Source: Lachnospiraceae bacterium
GTDB taxonomy: Bacteria > Bacillota > Clostridia > Lachnospirales > Lachnospiraceae
Direction of reading: 5' to 3'
NCBI GenBank assembly: GCA_014804355.1
Contig: JAAUZY010000006.1
Span: 25,267 to 89,266, forward strand
DNA: 64,000 nt
The position numbers and the translations under genes were made by a program. Positions 58,037 to 64,000 of the stretch are shown here, piece by piece. Below the pieces are notes generated by a model. It had not been told where the DNA came from. It did no database searches and was given only the letters and a program-made list of their open reading frames with translations. Within the stretch, counting starts at the first letter, position 1. Each line of letters begins with the position of its first letter.

Positions 58037-60625
58037 ATGAGCCCGACAATGAAAAGCATATTCAGCATAAAATATATAACAGGCTTGATATTGTTTACCA
58101 CTCTCGTAATGATCTGCTGTGGCCTATGGATGAAGCACAATGCGAAAAGCAGTGTACTCGACAGCAAAATCACGCTGCAGTTTCACTACTCACGCAGCGA
58201 TGCCGAATATGATAAATGGAACTTGTGGATCTGGGAAGATAGCAAAGAGGGGAAAGACTATTTTTTTACGAAATCCGACGAAGCAGGAGCATATTCCTAT
58301 GTGACCGTAGACAATAAAGTCGCAACAGTCGGATATATCATACATACGGAAGCGTGGGAGAAAGACGTAGCCGTTGACCGGAGTATAGATCTATCAGAAA
58401 TAACCGGTGGAACAATAGACATATATCTCACCCAGGGAGAAGAAGAGGCGGAGATTGTAAAAGGAAAAGATACCGTTCAAGGGGTCAAGCTCATAGAGGC
58501 TGTTTATGACGGTGAGTATGAAATAGAAGTTAAGACATTTGATACTATAAGCAGTTTTAATGAAGTGAAAGTATGCAGTACCGTAGGCGGCGAAGTGGCA
58601 GTTGATTCTGTTATAAATGAGGAAAACCAGTACACAATTTATCTGGAAGAGCCGTTGATGCCGATCCAAAGCTACAGTCTGGTATATAAAGACGCAAGCT
58701 ATGTAGTCGATATGCCCAATATTTATTCTACGGAAGAATTTGAAGCAGAATACACTTATACAGGTAATGACTTAGGGGCAAATTGGACGCGGGAAAAAAC
58801 AGTATTTAAAGTATGGGCTCCGACAGCGGATTCCGTATCAGTATGCTTTTATGAAAATGGTACAGGCGGTGCGGATGACAGGGCAGAAGAAACAGAAATG
58901 ATAAAAAGCACTGCAGGAATATGGACATTAGAAAAACAAGGAGACCAAAACGGTGTCTATTATACTTACAAAGTAAAAGTGAATCATGAAGAGGTTGAAA
59001 CCTGCGATCCCTATGCGCGTGCAACAGGTGTCAATGGTGACAGGGCAATGGTTATAGATCTGGCGGCTACAAATCCGGAAGGATGGGAAACAGATGTCAA
59101 TCCGAATAAAGGAGCGGATTTAACCGATGCCATTGTCTATGAATTGGGAGTAAGGGATTTTTCAATAGACAGCAGTTCGGGTGTCTCAGAACAAAATCGT
59201 GGAAAGTATCTGGCATTTACGGAGGCCGGAACAAAAAATGCAGACGATGAGGTTACGGGAATTGATTATCTGAAATCCCTTGGTGTAACACATGTACAGA
59301 TAATGCCTATACAGGATTTTGGGTATGTGGATGAGCAGAATCCTTCCTATAACTGGGGATATGCAACAAAAAACTTTAATGTTCCGGAGGGTGCATACGC
59401 ATCAGACCCTTACAATGGTGAAGTAAGGATCAGGGAAACAAAGCAAATGATACAGGCACTGCATAATAACGGAATGAGTGTTGTTATGGATGTGGTCTAC
59501 AACCATGTATATGATGCATCGGAATACTGCTTTAATCAGATCGTACCGGATTATTTTACGCGCATTAATTCAAGAGGAGAATATTCAAACGGTTCTCTGT
59601 GCGGCAATGATACGGCATCTGAGAGAAGCATGGTGCGTAAATATATCGTTGATTCTGTTGTTTATTGGATTGAAGAGTACCATGTGGACGGATTCCGGTT
59701 TGATCTGGCAGGTATTTTGGATGTAGAAACCGTCAATGAAATTGTGAGAAGAGTGCATGAAATTGATCCTTCGATTATTTTATATGGGGAAGGCTGGAAT
59801 ATGTCAACAATTGCAACGAAACATGGCACCAAATTTGCAGTACAGACAAGTGCGGCACAAACGGAAGGATTCGGTTATTTTGATGACAGGATCCGTTCCG
59901 GCATTAAAGGAAATGCAAATGATAATACCGCGGGATATATTACGGGTGCGGATAATGCGGAGCAGATCAAACGCAGTATCAGGGCAGACGCAGGGTGGAG
60001 CAATAATCCGCAGCAGATTATCAATTATGTGAGCTGTCATGATGACGCGACATTATGGGATAAAGTCAGGGCCTGTGCAGACGGAACATATGAAGAACAG
60101 ATTAAGCAGAATAATCTGGCATCAGCAATTATTTTATCCTCACAGGGAATCAGTTTCATACATGCCGGAGACGAATTACTGCGGACAAAGGTGGACGAGA
60201 ATGGAAAGACAGTGTATGACAGCTATGAATCGCCGGATGATGTGAACAGTATCAAGTGGGGCAGTTTATCTAAGGAGGAAATAAAGAACGTAAAAGAGTA
60301 TTATCAGGGGCTCATTGCGTTTAGAAAAGCACATAAAGCACTGAGAATGAATACCGCCGATGAGATAACAGAGACTATACAATACATAGACGACCTTCCT
60401 CAGAACGTTGTTGCATACATGTTTGACGGTACGGATATAGAAGGAGAAGTTTCGGATAAGATATTGATCGCATTTAATCCCAATAAATATCCGGTAGAAA
60501 TAGATTTGCCGGCAGGGGTATGGAATGTGTACGTAAATGGGGAGCAGGCAGGGACTAATGTGATTGAAAGCGTTAGCGGAGCAATTACGCTTGATGCGAT
60601 CAGTGCCTCTATGCTGGTGTACTGA
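58037..60625 (+). CDS. pulA: Type I pullulanase (GH13) with N-terminal hydrophobic anchor and CBM41-like domain
   Basis: WNLWIW, KVWAPT, YNWGY, GFRFDL, YGEGW, YVSCHDD. Confidence 0.9.
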   Translation: MSPTMKSIFSIKYITGLILFTTLVMICCGLWMKHNAKSSVLDSKITLQFHYSRSDAEYDKWNLWIWEDSKEGKDYFFTKSDEAGAYSYVTVDNKVATVGYIIHTEAWEKDVAVDRSIDLSEITGGTIDIYLTQGEEEAEIVKGKDTVQGVKLIEAVYDGEYEIEVKTFDTISSFNEVKVCSTVGGEVAVDSVINEENQYTIYLEEPLMPIQSYSLVYKDASYVVDMPNIYSTEEFEAEYTYTGNDLGANWTREKTVFKVWAPTADSVSVCFYENGTGGADDRAEETEMIKSTAGIWTLEKQGDQNGVYYTYKVKVNHEEVETCDPYARATGVNGDRAMVIDLAATNPEGWETDVNPNKGADLTDAIVYELGVRDFSIDSSSGVSEQNRGKYLAFTEAGTKNADDEVTGIDYLKSLGVTHVQIMPIQDFGYVDEQNPSYNWGYATKNFNVPEGAYASDPYNGEVRIRETKQMIQALHNNGMSVVMDVVYNHVYDASEYCFNQIVPDYFTRINSRGEYSNGSLCGNDTASERSMVRKYIVDSVVYWIEEYHVDGFRFDLAGILDVETVNEIVRRVHEIDPSIILYGEGWNMSTIATKHGTKFAVQTSAAQTEGFGYFDDRIRSGIKGNANDNTAGYITGADNAEQIKRSIRADAGWSNNPQQIINYVSCHDDATLWDKVRACADGTYEEQIKQNNLASAIILSSQGISFIHAGDELLRTKVDENGKTVYDSYESPDDVNSIKWGSLSKEEIKNVKEYYQGLIAFRKAHKALRMNTADEITETIQYIDDLPQNVVAYMFDGTDIEGEVSDKILIAFNPNKYPVEIDLPAGVWNVYVNGEQAGTNVIESVSGAITLDAISASMLVY

Positions 60626-60754
60626 CACATGGTATATTTTTTGCTATCGCAAGTTTAAAAGTTGATAGAGGAAAGACAGAGGAAAGACCTATAATGAGCC
60701 TGTCAAAGATAACCAAACAACAAATATTTTTTAAAAACGGAGGAAATCAAAGTT

Positions 60755-62089
60755 ATGAAGAAAAAGTTAATCAGTGTTTTATTATCCACCGCTTTAGTAG
60801 CCAGTATGACAGGCTGTGGACAGTCGGGGCAGGGAACAAGCACAACGCAGACAACAAACACAGAAGGAGCAGGATCTGTGCAGACAGAACAGACAACACA
60901 GGAGACAGAGCAGTCGGAAGGAACAGAGGACGAGTCTTTATATGCAACAGATGCTGTGCTTAAATTGTGGGGCTCACAGGACGACCAGAATTATCTGCAG
61001 GAAGCGATCGGAATGTTTAAAGAGGATCACCCGGAGGCAGCGGGCTGGACGATTGAGACGGCGGTTATCAGTTCTGCCGATGCAAAGGACGAGGTGCTGA
61101 AAGATCCGGCAGCAGCGGCTGATGTATTTGAATTTGCTTCCGACCAGTTGGCATCACTTGTAGATGCAGGCACATTGTACAGGATCACGACAGACAGAGC
61201 AACTGTGGAAGCGGATAACATTGAAAATGCAGTGGCAGCAGCCTGTATCGGAGCAGATTTATATGGATATCCGAGCACTTCAAATTCTTACTTTATGTAC
61301 TATGATAAGAGCATGTATACCGAAGATGAAGTAAAGAGTCTGGATACAATGCTGGAAAAGGATTTAGGAAATGCAACAAACTTTGCAATGGACTTGGATA
61401 ACGGTTGGTATATGGCATCATTCTTCTTTGGCGCAGGCTGCACTCTGTTCGGCCCGGATGGACAGGATCCGACAGAATGTTCCTTTAACAACGAAGGCGG
61501 TGTTCTGGCAGGTAATTATATACTTGGTCTGACACAGAATCCTAAAGTGGGAAATTATGATGATACCTTACTGTTAAGCGGTTTTGCAGATCGTACACTG
61601 GGTGCGACAATCACCGGAACATGGAACGCAACAGCGATTGCGGAATCTCTGGGTGAGGATTTTGGAGTAACTACATTCCCGACAGTTACATATAGCGATG
61701 GTTCTGTTGTACAGCCAAGTCCGATCGTTAACTTTAACATTTATGGTGTGAACGCACAGACCCAGTACCCGTTGGAAGCAATGCTTCTTGCAAATTATCT
61801 GACAAGTGAAAAGATTCAGGAGTTAAGATTTACAGAAAGAAATTCCACACCGGTTAACAAGAACCTGGTAGGAAATAAAGATTTATTGGCGGCAAGTCCG
61901 GCGGTTGCTACTTTGGCAGCACAGACAGAGCTGGCGTCTACCGTGCAGTCATCCATTCCGCAGATCGCGAATTTCTGGTCACCGATGGAGGCGTTCGGGC
62001 AGGATTGTATCGCGGGAGCGGTTTCAGAAAGTAACATGCAGGATGTACTTGATGTATTGGTACAGAGTATCTTAGCTACAATAGGGTAG
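60755..62089 (+). CDS. Maltodextrin/cyclodextrin ABC transporter solute-binding lipoprotein
   Basis: Lipobox MTGC, Thr/Gln-rich linker, ADVFEFASDQL, TGTWN, IPQIANFW. Confidence 0.85.
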   Translation: MKKKLISVLLSTALVASMTGCGQSGQGTSTTQTTNTEGAGSVQTEQTTQETEQSEGTEDESLYATDAVLKLWGSQDDQNYLQEAIGMFKEDHPEAAGWTIETAVISSADAKDEVLKDPAAAADVFEFASDQLASLVDAGTLYRITTDRATVEADNIENAVAAACIGADLYGYPSTSNSYFMYYDKSMYTEDEVKSLDTMLEKDLGNATNFAMDLDNGWYMASFFFGAGCTLFGPDGQDPTECSFNNEGGVLAGNYILGLTQNPKVGNYDDTLLLSGFADRTLGATITGTWNATAIAESLGEDFGVTTFPTVTYSDGSVVQPSPIVNFNIYGVNAQTQYPLEAMLLANYLTSEKIQELRFTERNSTPVNKNLVGNKDLLAASPAVATLAAQTELASTVQSSIPQIANFWSPMEAFGQDCIAGAVSESNMQDVLDVLVQSILATIG

Positions 62090-62107
62090 CAGATTGTTGG
62101 TAATTAC

Positions 62108-62131
62108 GGATTCTGCCTTCGGGCAGAATCC
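62108..62131 (+). other. Intercistronic mRNA-stabilising hairpin
   Basis: GGATTCTGCC-TTCG-GGCAGAATCC, perfect stem with cUUCGg tetraloop between the binding protein and permease genes. Confidence 0.7.
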
Positions 62132-62172
62132 TCTTTCCATAGATATACATAGTTATGAATGGAGGAGGTAAC

Positions 62173-63546
62173 ATGGGGAAAATTAGTCAGGCAGTCCGCA
62201 AACACTTTTCGTTATATCCGCAAGCGTTACTGCATGGAGATATTTTTACCAGATTAGCATTTATTATATTTGGGGCAGGAAACTTGTTTCGCGGTCAGAT
62301 CGTGAAAGGTTTGGTTTTTCTGTTATTGGAAATTGGCTTTATATTTTATATGGTTACGTTGGGAGTAGAGGCTGTCAGAGGATTTATAACACTCGGAACT
62401 GTGGAGCAGGGATGGGTGTTTGATGAGAGAAAAGGTATAGAAGTCATGACAGCCGGCGATAATTCCATGCTTCTTTTGCTTTACGGAATTATCAGTTTGA
62501 TCATAATCGTATGTTTTGTAGTGATCTGGCGGATGAATATCAGGTCGGCATACGATACGCAGAAGATGGTGGAGAAGGGACAGAAAGTACCACAGCTGCG
62601 CGATGAGATCGGTATACTGATGGATAAGAAAGCGCATATCACACTGCTGCTTTTGCCGGTTATGGGGATATTTATATTTACGGTGCTGCCGTTGATCTAT
62701 ATGATCCTGGTGGCTTTTACCAACTATGACAGCACACACCAGCCTCCCGGAAAACTTTTTGATTGGGTAGGGTTCCAGAACTTTACGACACTGTTACGCA
62801 GTGACAGTCCGTTGGGAGCGAGTTTCTGGCCGATCCTTGGATGGACGCTTATCTGGGCGGTCGTAGCGACGGTTACATGTTTTTTGGCCGGAATTATTTT
62901 GGCGTTGTGGATCAATTCCAAAATAGTGAAGGGAAAGAAATTCTGGAGAACAATGTTTGTTTTTTCGGTTGCTGTACCGCAGTTTGTTTCGTTACTTGTC
63001 ATGAAGACGATGTTGCAGCCGGAGGGCGCATTGAATGTGCTGTTAAGAAATACGGGCGTAATTGACGGAAGCCTTCCTTTTTTAACAAATGCGACGTGGG
63101 CGAGAGTGACTGTCATTGTCATCAATCTTTGGCTGGGTGCGCCGTACACAATGTTGATATCGACAGGTATCCTGATGAACATACCGACTGAACTGTATGA
63201 GGCGGCGCAGATCGACGGGGCGAACGCGGCGACAATTTTCAGGAAGATAACACTTCCGTATATAATGTTTGTGATGACACCGTCTCTGATCACACAGTTT
63301 ATCGGGAATGTAAATAACTTTAATGTGATTTTCCTGTTGACCGGCGGCGGTCCGAGTACGCTTGAATATTATCAGGCAGGAAAGACGGATCTGTTGGTGA
63401 CATGGCTGTACAAACTGACCACGGGAAGTAAGGACTATAGTTATGCATCTGTTATAGGTATTCTGGTGTTTATTATTTCGGCTGTCATTTCTCTTCTTAC
63501 ATATAGACAGACGCCGTCCTACAATAATGAGGAGGGATTTCAATGA
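62173..63546 (+). CDS. Sugar ABC transporter permease (MalF-like)
   Basis: AFTNYD, WVGFQNF, EAA loop ELYEAAQIDGAN; SD GGAGGAGG. Confidence 0.9.
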   Translation: MGKISQAVRKHFSLYPQALLHGDIFTRLAFIIFGAGNLFRGQIVKGLVFLLLEIGFIFYMVTLGVEAVRGFITLGTVEQGWVFDERKGIEVMTAGDNSMLLLLYGIISLIIIVCFVVIWRMNIRSAYDTQKMVEKGQKVPQLRDEIGILMDKKAHITLLLLPVMGIFIFTVLPLIYMILVAFTNYDSTHQPPGKLFDWVGFQNFTTLLRSDSPLGASFWPILGWTLIWAVVATVTCFLAGIILALWINSKIVKGKKFWRTMFVFSVAVPQFVSLLVMKTMLQPEGALNVLLRNTGVIDGSLPFLTNATWARVTVIVINLWLGAPYTMLISTGILMNIPTELYEAAQIDGANAATIFRKITLPYIMFVMTPSLITQFIGNVNNFNVIFLLTGGGPSTLEYYQAGKTDLLVTWLYKLTTGSKDYSYASVIGILVFIISAVISLLTYRQTPSYNNEEGFQ

Positions 63547-64000
63547 TGAAAGTGTCAGGATATGGGAAAATCAAGAAAAAAATAAAAGTTGTTTTATCAT
63601 ATACAGGATTGTCGATACTGTCAATTATCTGGGTATTTCCGATTTTTTGGGTTGTTCTGGCATCCTTTCGTGAAGAACGAGGTTCTTACACGTCCTATTT
63701 CTTCCCGAAGGGGTACACGACGAATAATTACGTGCGGCTGCTTACGGAGAACACACAGTTTTACTTTATGAAATGGTTTAGCAATACCTTTTTGGTCGCT
63801 GTATGCTCCTGCCTGATATCAACGGTTTTTGTGCTATCGGTATCTTTTGTAATGTCAAGGCTGCGTTTTAAAATGAGAAAACCCATGATGAATATAGCGA
63901 TGATACTGGGTATGTTTCCGGGATTTATGTCAATGATTGCAGTTTACTATATTTTGAAGGGTATCGGAATCAGTCAGTCCCTGTTGGCGTTGATCCTTGT
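63543..64000 (+). CDS. Sugar ABC transporter permease (MalG-like), 3' truncated by the window
   Basis: ATGA overlap with the previous gene; translates ...IWVFPIFWVVLASF...WFSNTFLVA...SRLRFK...LGMFPGFMS. Confidence 0.85.
   Translation, partial: MMKVSGYGKIKKKIKVVLSYTGLSILSIIWVFPIFWVVLASFREERGSYTSYFFPKGYTTNNYVRLLTENTQFYFMKWFSNTFLVAVCSCLISTVFVLSVSFVMSRLRFKMRKPMMNIAMILGMFPGFMSMIAVYYILKGIGISQSLLALIL

Noticed and set aside
1-64000. tRNA, rRNA, integrase, intact IS or prophage genes
   Set aside because: No such sequences or motifs were recognised anywhere in the window.

Overview
Chromosomal window of a Clostridia/Lachnospiraceae-like gut bacterium; the taxonomy is inferred from gene content and style. 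Housekeeping and core genes include a NahK-like kinase, T-box-controlled proS, ackA, galK/galT, a DEDDh exonuclease, a VanW protein, Lrp plus aminotransferase, trmL, a two-component pair, mutS2, yhaM and rlmD. Accessory blocks are interleaved: (i) an Rpn-family nuclease; (ii) a ~12 kb partly decayed BlaI/M56 sensor region with PD-(D/E)XK, GNAT, AAA-ATPase and GrpB cargo; (iii) an AbiE type IV toxin-antitoxin pair; (iv) a Wzm/Wzt surface-glycan locus with a methyltransferase-coiled coil-GT-GT protein and an LtaS-like enzyme, preceded by a divergent XRE gene and an operator pair; (v) an orphan PD-(D/E)XK gene; (vi) a pullulanase/maltodextrin ABC locus running off the right edge. The most notable observation is that two dissimilar PD-(D/E)XK nuclease genes each contain a strong in-frame internal Shine-Dalgarno plus start codon. 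These would yield 62-68 aa C-terminal proteins, matching the intragenic-antitoxin logic known for Rpn proteins; the gene at 52501-53385 does not look like a canonical Rpn. Other candidates are tandem NrdR-like boxes, a YtrA-like operator upstream of an amidase, an unannotated 31-aa membrane protein, dispersed GNA-loop mini-hairpins and a triad-less HtrA-like protein. No CRISPR array, tRNA, rRNA or integrase was seen. All family assignments come from motif recognition by eye, not database searches.
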